A DNA stretch of 64,000 nt from Octopus sinensis (lineage: Eukaryota), in assembly GCF_006345805.1 (NCBI RefSeq), contig NC_043009.1, positions 10,044,001 through 10,108,000 of the forward strand. Direction: 5' to 3'. The notes under the pieces are model-generated. The model ran no database searches. It was not told the DNA's origin and saw nothing but the letters and a program-made list of their open reading frames with translations. A program made the translations under genes and the position numbers. Positions 23,902-36,369 of the stretch are shown one piece after another. The stretch's first letter is position 1, and every line of letters starts with the position of its first letter.

Positions 23902-25544
23902 TTGCGTCGGATATTAATTAGCACTTCTCAAATTTCTACATTTTCTTACATTTTCTTAATTTAATAACTTATTATCAGAAACGAACTCGTTTATAATCAA
24001 AAATTTATTAAAACATATCCCAGCACACCACATAATTGTTATTAATCGTGAAATTTAGTCAATATCTTGTTGCTCCTCCTTTGGCAGCAATGACAGCTGC
24101 TACGCGGGTCGGCATGCTGTCTATGAGTGCCTGCAGGCACTGTGCAGGGATGGCCCTCCATGCAGCAAGAAGTGCCCCAAACATCTTGTGTCGGTTCAGG
24201 TCAGGTGACTGGCCAGGCCAGTCCATGACCGTCACCCCATGGTCCTTGAAGAAACCGGTTGTGAGCTTGGCTGTGTGGGAAGGTACGTTGTCCTGCTGGA
24301 GCACGTACTCCTCGCCACCAAAGAGGTATCCCGTACTATCTCAACGTACTTTGCTGCGTTGATGTTGCCTTCGACGGCATAGAGCCGCCCAACACCACTG
24401 TAGCTGAACGCCCCTCACACCATCAGACCACCCCCACCATGCTTCATGGTGAGAGCAATGCAGTCTTTGTTGAAGCGCTCACCCCTGCGGCGTCGCACAT
24501 GGACAGGCTTGTCACTGACGAGACTGAATCGCGACTCGTCAGTGAACATCACTGTCCACCACTGCTGCACGGTCCATGTCTTGTGGGCACGGGCCCAGAG
24601 CAGCCGCCTCTTCCAGTTTTGGGCTGTAAGGAGCGGCTTATGGGCGGCCCTACAGGATTTTAGACCAGCTTCCAGTAATCTGGTCTTGACGGTGGTTGTA
24701 GACAACTGCTTCCCTGTCATCTTTTGCATCTCCTCCGCCAGTTGCTGGCTCGTTGCCCTTCGGTTGTACAGCGACTTTCGGATCAGCATCCGGTCCTCCC
24801 GCTGGGTCGTCAGCCTCTTCCGTCCCCTACCCTTTTTGTCAGCTGCTGATCCGGTTTCCTCGTATTTCTTAAATAAGCACTGAATTGTGCGCCTGGCTAC
24901 ACCAAGTTTTCTGGCTATTGCAGCCTCCGACAGCTTCCCACGCCACGAGAGAGCCTCGTACCGTCTCTCCAAGGTCATGCGAGGTATGGGCCCATCTAGG
25001 AATGAACGATAAAAACCAGTTATTTTCATTAAAACTATTCATTTGAATAATGTTATGCTATAACAAAACTGCTATGAGTTATTATTCATTAAACAAAAAA
25101 GAAAGAAAGCAGAATTTCTCACCTTATTTGATGTATAACAGAAAGTTTTGTGAACCAGAAGTGACGTCATCAAGCAGAGTGTAGGAGAATTTGTGAGGAA
25201 AAAAAATCTTGCAAATGCACAAATCAATTAACCTACGAGCTGTTCAAAACGTCTTACGCGATGAGAAAACTTAGTACGGTGTGATTTCGGTCCTTGCGAG
25301 GCGCTACCTATATCTATTAAACAAAGGAAGATTTGTCTGCATCCACACTCCAAGTTGTTGTTGCACTGCTATGTCAACATCATTAGGCTGTAGACTCTCA
25401 AACTGCTCTGCAAACAAAGTTACGTCATCGTTCTGCGCAACAGTGAACTCACAACAAAGCAATAGTTCGAGATATGGCCACTAGGTGACAGCAAATACCT
25501 TGAGTGAAGAGAAAATCAAGGGTGCTAATTAATTTCTGACGGTA

Positions 25545-25547
<3 letters not shown>
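23899..25547 (-). mobile_element. Tc1/mariner DNA transposon, full length, inactive
   Basis: About 26-bp imperfect TIRs CACTTGCGTCGGATATTAATTAGCAC / GTGCTAATTAATTTCTGACGGTAGTG; TA duplicated on both sides. Confidence 0.95.
24059..25029 (-). pseudogene. Tc1 transposase pseudogene
   Basis: HTH region, GRKR NLS, KPLL, VMFTDESRF, KHGGGGLMV then stop; frameshift; QQDNVPSH, WPGQSPDLN with PIE (third catalytic E) deleted; ends GGATRY. Confidence 0.95.
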
Positions 25548-25583
<36 letters not shown>

Positions 25584-26277
25584 TGTGTGTTGGTGTTTGC
25601 CTCCCCAACATCGCTTGACAACCGATGCTGGTGTGTTTACGTCCCAGTAACTTAGCGGTTCGGCAAAAGAGACCGATAGAATAAGTACTATAGGCTTCCA
25701 AAGAATAAGTCCTGGGGTCGATTTGCTCGACCCAAGGCGGGGCTCCAGCATGGCCACAGTCACATGACTGAAACAAGTAAAAGAGTAAAGTATCAAGCGG
25801 GGGCCGCAAGATGAAAGTCTGCGGGCCGCATGCAACCCGCGGGCCTCAGTTTGGCCAGCCCTAGTCTAGTTGCTTTTAGTAGTATTTCTAAAAGTTAATC
25901 GATCGGTTGATTATTCGAAGTTTTAGTGTTCTTGTACTAAATACAATTTTATGATGGTTAAAAAGCATTTTTAATAGTAGTTTCATTTCCAATTAAACAT
26001 ATTTGCCTGCGCACTAACAACCACTCTTACATATATAAAACAGCGAAAAAAAAAAAGCTAAGGTAAGAACTAGTAAGTGTATTTAAATAGTGAAAAGACA
26101 TGGTTTTGAAATAGCCTAATCGCTCTTGTATTGAATATCTGATTCTCGTGAGTTGAAAGCTGAAGCTCAATTACCAACAGCTGAACAAACATATACTTAA
26201 AGACAATAACTGCCGGCCAACCGACGAGCTGTGTGCTAGGGTTAGGGTTAGGGTTAAGTTTAGACGTTATGTCTTGT

Positions 26278-26279
26278 GT

Positions 26280-26321
<42 letters not shown>

Positions 26322-26365
26322 TCACCACCACTACTATTACCACCACCACCACCACCACCACCACC

Positions 26366-26431
<66 letters not shown>

Positions 26432-26640
26432 GCTGCTACTGCTGCTGCTGCTGCTACTGCTGCTGCTGTCGCCAACACTACCACCACCGTCGCCGTAGCC
26501 GCTGTCGCCATTAAAGCAATTACCCTCGACACTATCACCACCGCAACAACAATAGCAAATAACGTAAATAGCAACAGAAAGAAGAAGAAGAAGAAGAAGA
26601 TCAACAACAGCACGAGCAACAATAATAGCAGTAACAAGAT
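26278..26640. repeat. Compound trinucleotide microsatellite (TAC/CAC/TGC/AAG)
   Basis: Direct reading. Confidence 0.95.
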
Positions 26641-26994
26641 CAATTGGTAGCTTCTGTTATGATATATCATGAAATTTAATTCTGCATTTTGTGTGTCACT
26701 GAAAAATTTTATCTATATTGCCGATTGATTTATGAAGGAACATTACAAAAAAAACAAGAAAAAAAAAACAAGAAAAAACCAAAGCAAAACTCAAACCAGA
26801 CACCACCACAAACGTGCCGTGAGCCAGCTTGCAGTATTGGGATGATTTGTATTGACTGTGAGCAGTAAAATGTTTTCTCAGCTATGACTCCAAAGGTTTA
26901 TTTACTTGAGAGGTGGGAACTACTCCAAACAAAACATATCATCCGTTAGTTGCCTTCTTGAATAATGCATCAATCCAAATGCATGCATTCATAT

Positions 26995-27420
26995 ATTCTT
27001 TTATTCAGTTCTATATTTGAGAGATGAGGAATTATGTACACTGTTTACATTTGACGGATATTTGTCCTCATCTTGTTTGTTGTTTACATAATGTTTCGGC
27101 TGATATTCTCGCCAACCTTCATCAGGTGTCTTGGGGAAATTTTGAACCTGGGTTCTCATTCCTAAGGTATTTTTCTATAGTAAACTACCACACATCTACG
27201 GTCTCCCTAAGATTCACTATAGTGAGGTGTAGAGGTTCAGCATGACATCCACTGAGCTGCTTCCTTGTGAATATAATCAGTCCATTGGCAGAGAACGCCA
27301 CTGGAAAATACGAAAACTGAAAGAAGCAGCACATATGCTAGGACATAATAACCTCGTAAGCAGACCGAGTGCAGATATGAGTAGAATAAGGGAACCGGTA
27401 TTAGGAAAGGATAAGAGAAT
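26995..27420 (+). mobile_element. Penelope-like element remnant: inverted pseudo-LTR plus deleted RT/GIY-YIG fragments
   Basis: 27000-27175 is the reverse complement of the 35365-35530 repeat; then KLPHIYGLPKIH (PLE RT motif) joined to GRERHWKIRKLKEAAHM (GIY-YIG C-terminal motif). Confidence 0.75.
27086..27130 (-). ncRNA. Degenerate hammerhead motif (family iii)
   Basis: GACAC-CTGATGA-A-GGTTG...CAGCC-GAAAC-ATT-ATGT; the G16.2 position is mutated relative to 35406-35451. Confidence 0.5.
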
Positions 27421-27639
27421 GTTAGATTTATAAGCCCTAAAATTCACTCCATAATTGCCCACGAGCATATGGCGTAATGATTAAGCGGAATTTGAACTCA
27501 GAACGTAACGGCAGACGAAATACGACTACGCATTTCGCCCGGCGTGCAAACGGTTCTGCCAGCTCGCCGCCTTGAAACCAATATTAGATATCGAGGTTTC
27601 TTGGGGATTGCGCCGTGTTTAGGAATTCAATAGAGAGGA

Positions 27640-28321
27640 GCAGTAATAGCTAGGTACATTGTTAAAAGTGCCCTTACCTAACATTCCATAAATTCTGAAG
27701 AGCCTTGCTTTCTCCCAGCATAGAGATTAGACCACAGACGGAGTAAAAATTGCAATAAGTATGCATCAAAAGATTCAAATTATTTAGAAAAAGTTTTAAT
27801 TCCCATTTTCCCAGTTTATATCTTTCTTTAGAATTGGCCATTAGGCGCTGAAGGGTATGCTAGCATCTTAAAAGATTTGCAACCTATCTTTTTAAGCCAC
27901 GCTATCAGTGTATCCTTATCAAAAGCTTGTCTACTTGGAACCATATTCCTCGCTAATATTGTTCTCGAAACGTTGGTTGCTGCTTTAGCAGACCGGTCAT
28001 TTGACTCTAAGGACTCCTGGTCAGCCAGAAAAGGCATCAACAGCGATGAGTAACAAACCAACATTAGGAAAATAACCATGATGCAATCCATATATATATA
28101 ATACAAACTCTCGGACCTTGAGTCACTCTGTTACTACTAAATTTACGAAACCGGTATGCTTTTAAATCTCTTTAACAATTTCCAATAATGACTTTTATTA
28201 GTTTTATTCCTACCTCAGTTCATCTAATTGTATATATATCTATCGTTACTTTTCATAAAAAGCCTTCACTTTTTTTGATTTCCAATGTAAATTTTATCTT
28301 ATTTCTCTTCTTACTCCCCCT

Positions 28322-28356
<35 letters not shown>

Positions 28357-29900
28357 CACACACACACACATCTACATGGCTATCGCTTTCTTTGAATTAG
28401 TCACATATGTTCAGTAACTTTTGGTATGAATTTTAGTATGATAGTATTTAGGGTAATTTCGAACATAGTTTTCCACATCACTACAAGCAAGCTACAGAGT
28501 TTTAGTCGCAGTCTGTTTGTTGTAACAATGGCTCCTCACTGGACATCATCATGTACTGCACAGCTTTTATGAAAATTCATCGTATCACCGCAATAACAAT
28601 AACAACGTGTTTAATGCAAAGAATCTCTATCAGCAGTAAGTCTTTGTCTAAATGTCTTAAATGGTGCCTTGCTTCCCGAGAAATTACCTCATCTATTCGA
28701 TTAACAATTTTAGGCAAAAGCTTCAAATTCTTAATTTCAATCTGTATTTCTTTTTTCTGCACATCTGTTTCCACCCTATGAATACTTAATATCTCCATTG
28801 TGCTTTGACTTGGACTTTATTGACAAATTGAATTTCATTTTACATTGAGTAACAATAGAGAGAGTTGTATTGCTTTTTATATACGTATGAAATTTCATAG
28901 TTAAAAGCAGCTACCGGGATTGCTCACCAGAATATTGTAGCAAATGTTACGTTAGACAGCTCTCTTCTATGACTGAATATGAACTCTAAAAGCTTATGAT
29001 CTGTTCTCAAAAAAAAAAAAAAATTTCCGTCATAATACAGTATGAAGATGTTTGCATATTCTAGACAATCGCCCAAACCTCTCTGTATCAAAACACTTAC
29101 TCAGCTTCAGACAGACATTGTAATAGGAAGAGGACTGGACAGTTCTCCTGAGACGGTACGCCAAATATTGAATGTCGATTAGAATCTGTATTGACTCGAG
29201 TTTCTTTGTTGTATCAAATGTCTGTACAACGGCTGGTTCAACAAAATCTCACTTTACTGTTTCAAACAGATCAGTACGTGCCTTCTTCCTTAAATGACGT
29301 GGAGGGATTTTTTGTAGGTTTGAAAATCCAGAGATTTTTCAGAATATGTTAGAATAAACTGACCATAAAAGTTTAATCAAAAGGATTTTAGTTCTTCCTT
29401 ACTCTGGAAGTTTTAGGTGTACTATCTTAATCTCTGACATATCGTCTGATTGAATGTCATATTTGGAAATTTTATAGCCCAGGAAGGTTGAAAGACATTC
29501 TTTTTTTTATTGGAAGGTGAATCTGCATAAAATTGCTTTCACTTTTGTTGTAAATTATTAGTGGTTTAGTCATCAATGCAAATATCGTTGTCAACAATTA
29601 TTAAACCAGTGGAAATCTTCCGATACATTTTCCATGGCATGTTAAAATATGGTGATTGCTGCTTTTATACTTCATGGAAGATTTGTCCAAAGTAATAATC
29701 TAAGGGCTATATTCACTGTTGTTATTTCCTTAACTTCACCAGAAATTCTAATTGATCGTTGGCTTTGACCAAATCAGTCTTTGGAAAATATTTTATACTT
29801 GCCAACTCGTGAAATGTCTTTCGATATTCATTGTAAGGTAAAAGAGTCAGGACATATGTCAAGATATATTCTTATCTTGTAGAGCGTACAGATACGTATA
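27640..29900 (-). mobile_element. Ty3/Gypsy LTR-retrotransposon pol remnant (RT, RNase H, integrase)
   Basis: In RT-RH-IN order on the minus strand: DS-LP/KYFSK-DL-like and FQ-AME...DD RT words, FLGYKIS, TDHKLLEF (RNase H), H-x-H zinc-binding region, LIAVDAFSG(W)P...AYPSAPNG (integrase core); many stops and frameshifts. Confidence 0.8.
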
Positions 29901-30608
29901 TTGTGCATCATAAACAACAATAAAGCCTACCTCATCGTGATTCAGCATTTTCATTCAGCCATTATTTAGCATTTCCTTTAATTTCACTACATCAAAACGA
30001 ATTTGTAGGAAGTTTGGTAGATTCATAATATACAGATTTAGTATTATTTAAAAATTTTATTTCATTTTATGACCCATGAAGCAGACGTTATAATCAGATT
30101 GTGTGTGAGGAATAAGTGACGTGGTATTACACCTCAACACATACAATAAGGTCGAGTTTATTACAACAATCAGCGACTGTACTCTAAGCTGTTTTCCCGC
30201 CTATCTTTTTCTTCCCTTCATCGTTTTCTATCTGTCTTTTTCTCCCCTTTCTCTTCTCTCTCTCGTTGCTCACACGTGACCATCGTACATTTTTCTTTTC
30301 ATTCAATACTATCCTAAAGACTGGACGCATTCTACCTCTCTCTTCTATCTTTTATTTTATCAAAGAAAATATTTCTCCAGCGTTCGCTATTTTATCCTTG
30401 TTCTGGTCTAATGATCCTCCATATTTGTTTTCGTCCAGTTTCCTTGTATGTCTCCACCGTCTTGTTTTTGTTCCCAACTTTGACTCTCCATAAATCTAAA
30501 ATTTTATTTTGGTACTTATGGGAGCAACTGTCTTCAAAGACTCATATTGTCGTTCAATGCTCGAAGTGAGGCGTATTTCATGCTGTTTACTGTTGGTGAC
30601 GTCCTGTA

Positions 30609-30698
<90 letters not shown>

Positions 30699-30863
30699 CT
30701 ATTAGGGAATAAATCCAAATTTACAGGGAAAAGATTTAGGATTAAATCCAATTTTATAGTAAAATATTATAAAATATTATTAGAGACAAAACCACTATTT
30801 TGCAAAACAAACAAGGAAAGACTTAATCAATACATAAAATTTTAATAAATAGTCAAAAAAACC

Positions 30864-30908
30864 GCCACTACAATTGTTTCTTGTCTTGATCGACAATCTT
30901 CAGGTGAC
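30864..30908 (-). ncRNA. Type-I minimal hammerhead ribozyme motif (family ii)
   Basis: GTCAC-CTGAAGA-TTGTC-GATCAA-GACAA-GAAAC-AATT-GTA-GTGGC. Confidence 0.75.
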
Positions 30909-32232
30909 TTCCAATCTAAAATATCAATATTTTAAAATATAAAAATAATAATTTTAAAATAATTAAATGAATGAAAAAATATAAATATATAATCCATATA
31001 TAACCTAATATAATCCATATATAATCAATATAAACAATATATAAACTAAAATAAACCTATCAACAATTAAATATAAAATATAAAATATAAAATATAAAAT
31101 ATAAAACAAAACAAAAAAATAATAATAATATAATAATAAACTATATATACACCCATACACATATACCTAATTATATATAACCATATCTAACTACATACAC
31201 TAAATCACACACCTATATATATATCCCTATACATACACAAAAAAACGTCTAGGCAACTATAAATAAATAAAATAGCTAAATACTTCAACACAATACTTAT
31301 TCATACTCCCACACACACACACATACACACCCACATTCACGCTCTAGAAAACGGACATCACTTAAAATTATGAACGGAGAAATGGAATAAATGGAATTAA
31401 AAATTATATTCACTTGGTAAAACGAACACTACTTAAAAATTATGAATGAAACAATGGCAATAAAACAACAGACATCGCAAATAGACACAAATTACTACGA
31501 ATTCCTTAACAAACCTACCATGATAAACCAAAACTCATAAAAACATATAATGATAAAATCTCCCTTTACTAAACTCTATAACATACCTATATAGCAATCC
31601 CCCTAACCTAAACATTCACACACAAATACACACACGTAAACCACACACCCACGACATATACAAATACCCACACCACTTACACATACCTATACATACATAT
31701 AAACCTCAACATATACTCCAAAAACCCACTCAACCCCACACAGACAAATAAACACAAAAATTCCGTTCATAATTTTAAGTGATGTCCGTTTTCTAGAGCG
31801 TGAATGTGGGTTGTATGTGTGTGTGTGTGGGAGTATGAATAAGTATTGTGTTGAAGTATTTAGCTATTTTATTTATTTATAGTTGCCTAGACGTTTTTAT
31901 GTGTATGTATAGGGATATATATATAGGTGTGTGATTTAGTGTATGTAGTTAGATATGGTTATATATAATTAGGTATATGTGTATGGGTGTATATATAGTT
32001 TATTATTATATATTATTATTTTTTGTTTTGTTTTATATTTTATATTTTATATTTTATATTTTATATTAATTGTTGATAGGTTTATTTTAGTTTATATATT
32101 GTTTATATATTGATTATATATGGATTATATATAGGTTATATATGGATTATATATTATATTTTTTCATTCATACTTTAATTATTTTAATTATTATTTTTAT
32201 ATTTTAAAATATTGATATTTTAGATTGGAAGT

Positions 32233-32275
32233 CCACCTGAAGATTGTCGATCAAGACAAGAAACAATTGTAGTGG
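32233..32275 (+). ncRNA. Type-I minimal hammerhead ribozyme motif (family ii), second arm
   Basis: CCAC-CTGAAGA-TTGTC-GATCAA-GACAA-GAAAC-AATT-GTA-GTGG. Confidence 0.75.
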
Positions 32276-32854
32276 CGGTTTTTTTGACTATTTATTAAAA
32301 TTTTATGTATTGATTAAGTCTTCCTTGTTTGTTTTGCAAAATAGTGGTTTTGTCTCTAATAATATTTTATATATATATATATATATATATAATGCATATA
32401 TATATTTATTATTTATATATATACATACATACATATATGTAAATATACATAGATACATATACACACATGCACACATACATACATATAAATATATATACAG
32501 ATACATATATACACATACATATATACATACATACACACACACCTTACATACATACACACATATATACACACATATGTATTAATACGTAACAGTCACTGAC
32601 ACAGCTGCATATATACCCGCGCATACGCATACACATTGCAACATACATACGCACGTATATACATTATGCATGTGTATACATAGGTGTGCGAGGACATATG
32701 TGTCTGTCATAATGAGTGTCATATAATCGTGAATAGCTTATAATTTTTTATGTCCCATAAATTAACGGCTCAACAAACGGAGATCAATAAAATAAGTGCC
32801 AAAATTTTTAAAACATGTATTGCGGTGGATATGATCAATTATACATTTCAGAGC

Positions 32855-33067
32855 ACTGGCTTACTCTTTTACTTGTTTCAGTCATTTGATTGCGACCATG
32901 CTGGAGCACCGCCTTTAGTCGAGCCAATCGACACCAGGACTTATTCTTTGTATGCCTAGTACTTATTCTACCGATCTCTTGTGCCGAATCGCTAAGTTAC
33001 GGGGACCCAAACACACTACCATGGGTTGTCAAGCGATGTTGGGGGGACAAACACACACACAAACACA

Positions 33068-33153
<86 letters not shown>

Positions 33154-33325
33154 CATATATACGACTGGCTTCTTTCAGTTTCCGTCTAACAAATCTACTC
33201 ACAAGGCTTTGGTCGGCCCGAGGCTATAGTAGAAGACACTTGCCCAAGGTGCCACGCAGTGGGACTGAACCCGGAACCATTTGGTTTGTAAGCAAGCTAC
33301 TTATCACACAGCCACTCCTACGCCT
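32855..33325 (-). mobile_element. SINE family B, full length
   Basis: Reverse-complement head GGCGTAGGAGTGGCTGTG...GGTTCAGTCCCACTGCGTGGCACCTTGGGCAAGTG; internal (GT)n. Confidence 0.9.
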
Positions 33326-33354
33326 TGGGAGTTTTAGTCGAAGATATCGACCGC

Positions 33355-33572
33355 ATACATACATACATACATACATACATACATACATACATACATACAT
33401 ACATACATACATACATGCATACCTACATACATGCATACATACTACATATATACATATTACTACATACATACATACATACATACACATACATACATACATA
33501 CATACATGATACATACAACATACATACATACATATATACATACATACATACATACATACATACATCCATACA

Positions 33573-33606
<34 letters not shown>

Positions 33607-33840
33607 CATACATACATACATATATACATACATACATACATACATACATACATACATACATACATACATGCATACATACATACATGCATACATACATACA
33701 TATATACATATATACATACATATATACATACATACATACATACATACATGCATACATACATACATAAATATATACATATATACATACATATATACATACA
33801 TACATACATACATACATACATACATACATACATACATACA
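33355..33840. repeat. (CATA)n microsatellite
   Basis: Direct reading. Confidence 0.95.
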
Positions 33841-33955
33841 AAAACACCTTCTTGCTGATGTTGAAATTCCAATGAAGGAGCCTTAGATCTGGGTTAGAAA
33901 CCGGTTCTTTCTCTATTGGCAACAAATCTTGAAATAAAACTGAACGATGACATAC
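33840..33955 (+). repeat. Unclassified about 115-bp repeat following (CATA)n (second copy 44720-44835)
   Basis: GATGTTGAAATTCCAATGAAGGAG...TTAGAAA...TCTATTGGCAA-AAATCTTGAA-TAAAACT is shared. Confidence 0.7.
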
Positions 33956-34380
33956 ATACATACACACAAATATATACATACATACATATGCATTTATACA
34001 TGCAATATAAAATATAGATTGGTTTATTTAAATAACCATTGAACATGTGTTTCCTTAATATAATAGAGTATAATAGAGTTATATAATAAATGTTCGTCAT
34101 GTACATGTTCAAAAGTTATTTAGATAAACCCATTTGAATATATATATTTTGTGTATTTTTATGATATGAACTGATTGACTTGTAAGTTAAAGGTTTTTTT
34201 TTCATAACCCATATTGTTTCCAATAGAGCTTCTTTACTACAGCTGTTTGTGTCTTAAAGCATTTTGATACATCTCCCGTTGAAATAGTGTGTACGTGTGT
34301 GTGTGCGTGTGTACGTGTATGTATGACATACGTATATATAATACACGTAAATATCGAACAATGAGAATGGTGGGTAATGA

Positions 34381-34568
34381 TTTATATTTGTGGATTAAGT
34401 CTACCATTGGTTTCATACTAAGAAAGGCCCCCACAATATCAGCCATGGAACATCAGTGTTAGTCTATCCAAAATGGCGACGGACACCGTGGCTCCATGTT
34501 ATAGATTTGATAATTGTTGAGGGCATTCTTAACATGAAACCAATGGTAGCCTTAATCCACAAATAAAG
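34381..34568. repeat. About 190-bp imperfect palindrome (MITE-like hairpin)
   Basis: ATTTGTGGATTAAGTCTACCATTGGTTTCAT pairs with ATGAAACCAATGGTAGCCTTAATCCACAAAT. Confidence 0.75.
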
Positions 34569-34569
34569 T

Positions 34570-34782
<213 letters not shown>

Positions 34783-34855
34783 TCGTATTTTGTTAAAACT
34801 GGAGCAGTAAGTTTGTATCGCGACTCGTTTTTACGCCACTGTGATTCATATGCCC

Positions 34856-34927
34856 GGGCATATGGTGTAGTGGTTAAGAACGCGGGCTACTAACCCCAAG
34901 AATCCGGGTTCGATTCCAGGCAGTGAT

Positions 34928-34972
<45 letters not shown>

Positions 34973-35355
34973 TACCTAACTCAGATACCTAACTCAGATA
35001 TCAGGAAACCCTAAAATGGCAGAAATTCAAAACATAGTGCTCATGGGAACTGCTCATATCCTACACAAAATACTCTCTATGTAATCCCAAGGTTTAAAAC
35101 AAACTTTTTTTTATTTATTTTTTTATTTATTTTTTATTTTTATGTATTAGACATTCACTAGTACACCACAAAAAAAACCCCCAATATATGGCACAGAACT
35201 TCTAACCTGTTGTCTCTTGAGGTCTCTGGGTGAGACTTGGAGCCAACTTGTACAGACATAAAGCAAAAGTCAAACATAGAATAATAATAATAATAACAAC
35301 AACAATTATAATTATAACAACAACAACAATAATAATAATGATGATAATACTAATA
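34856..35355 (+). mobile_element. tRNA-derived head + (AAT)n + R4/Dong-like LINE 3' end + (AAT)n
   Basis: A box TGGTGTAGTGG at 34863-34873, B box GGTTCGATTCC at 34907-34917; 34995-35084 encodes QISGNPKMAEIQNIVLMGTAHILHKILSM*, resembling RLE-LINE C-termini. Confidence 0.7.
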
Positions 35356-35364
35356 ACATCGAAA

Positions 35365-35530
35365 CATATCTTAGGAATGAGAACCCAGGTTTGAAATTTC
35401 CCCAAGACACCTGAAGAAGGCTGGAGGTTATATCAGCCGAAACGTTGTGTTAACAACAAACAAGATGAAGAGAAATATCCGCCAAATATAAATAATGTGC
35501 ATAATTCCTCATCCCTTAAATATAGAACAG
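35365..35530 (+). mobile_element. Penelope-like pseudo-LTR
   Basis: Homologous to inverted 27000-27175; contains a hammerhead motif. Confidence 0.7.
35406..35451 (+). ncRNA. Type-I minimal hammerhead ribozyme motif (family iii)
   Basis: GACAC-CTGAAGA-A-GGCTG-GAGGTTATAT-CAGCC-GAAAC-GTT-GTGTT; palindromic AACGTT stem III. Confidence 0.65.
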
Positions 35531-36021
35531 AAATACAGTTGTTGGGAGTGGTACGGGTAGGGACAGGGAGGGAAAAGGTGTAGTCAGTTGTAATGAATGA
35601 AGATGAACCACGTCGACGGTTGGTTTTGGAGAAAAAAATTGGGACTTGACCTCGAAATTTCGGCAACACAAGTGGAAGAGGAATTGCGAGAAGAAAGATA
35701 GCTGATTTAATATATGTGAGGGGCGAATGTGGAGAAATCAAAATATTAGTGAGGGTTGTGCGTTTGCAAGACAGAGGTGAAGAGCTTGAGAGGGAATGCA
35801 TAACAATAGGAATATATAAGAAGTTGATTGAGATGGGGATCGCTGGTGTAGATTCTAAAGCAGAGTGGAAATAGGTGAAGAAGGATATGAAAAAGGTGAG
35901 CTGTTCATAGGCAAGAGAGGTAGTGCCGATACATTCATTCGATGTAACGGTCGTAAAATGCTGACGTGAGGCGGATGAGTAGGGTGAAGATCTAGGCCTC
36001 ATGGTAACCATCAAGTAGATT

Positions 36022-36260
36022 ATTATTATTTCTTTATTGCCCACAAAAAGTCAAACATAGAGGGGACAAACAAGGACAGACAAAGGGATTAAGTCGATTA
36101 CATCGACCCCAGTGTGTAACTGATACTTAATTTATCGACACTGAAAGGATGAAAGGCAAAGTCGACCTCGGCGGAATTTGAACTCAGAACGTAGCGGCTG
36201 ACGAAATACTGCTAAGCATTTCGCCTGGCGCGCTAACGTTTCTGCCAGCTCGCCGCCTTC
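36022..36260 (-). mobile_element. SINE family A monomer
   Basis: Complete head to tail; AGATTATTA on both flanks. Confidence 0.9.
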
Positions 36261-36369
36261 AAATAGATTATTATATTGGTTGTAGAAGTGGAGTAAGATT
36301 GTCAGGTAACTTCATGTAGAAGACGAGGTTTTTGAGTTGCTGGAGCACTTCGGTACAGTGGAAGTCGAT

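Larger units (their letters stand above)
23725..25790 (+). mobile_element. SINE family B split by a Tc1 insertion in its internal TA/GT microsatellite
   Basis: 5' half 23725-23898, 3' half 25548-25790. Confidence 0.85.
23481..25863. mobile_element. hAT-like non-autonomous element hosting a SINE B and a Tc1
   Basis: Termini CAGGCCTGGCCAAC and GTTTGGCCAGCCCTA; subterminal GCGGGCCGCATGCAACCCGCGGGCC; right flank GTCTAGTT, left flank ends CTAGTT. Confidence 0.6.
30692..32370. mobile_element. Large non-coding fold-back Penelope-like repeat between (TA)n tracts
   Basis: Arms 30769-31378 and 31762-32370 are reverse complements (about 610 bp) around a 380-bp A/C-skewed spacer; each arm carries a hammerhead motif. 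Confidence 0.85.

Noticed and set aside
26226-26260. (TTAGGG)3 as telomere or interstitial telomeric site
   Set aside because: Too short, with no associated structure
30090-30620. Possible LTR of the adjacent Gypsy remnant
   Set aside because: No second copy, primer-binding site or TG...CA boundaries could be identified
35433-36044. 203-aa minus-strand ORF in a purine-skewed segment
   Set aside because: No recognisable domain; begins inside a SINE and runs into a pseudo-LTR; probably a decayed retroelement on the opposite strand
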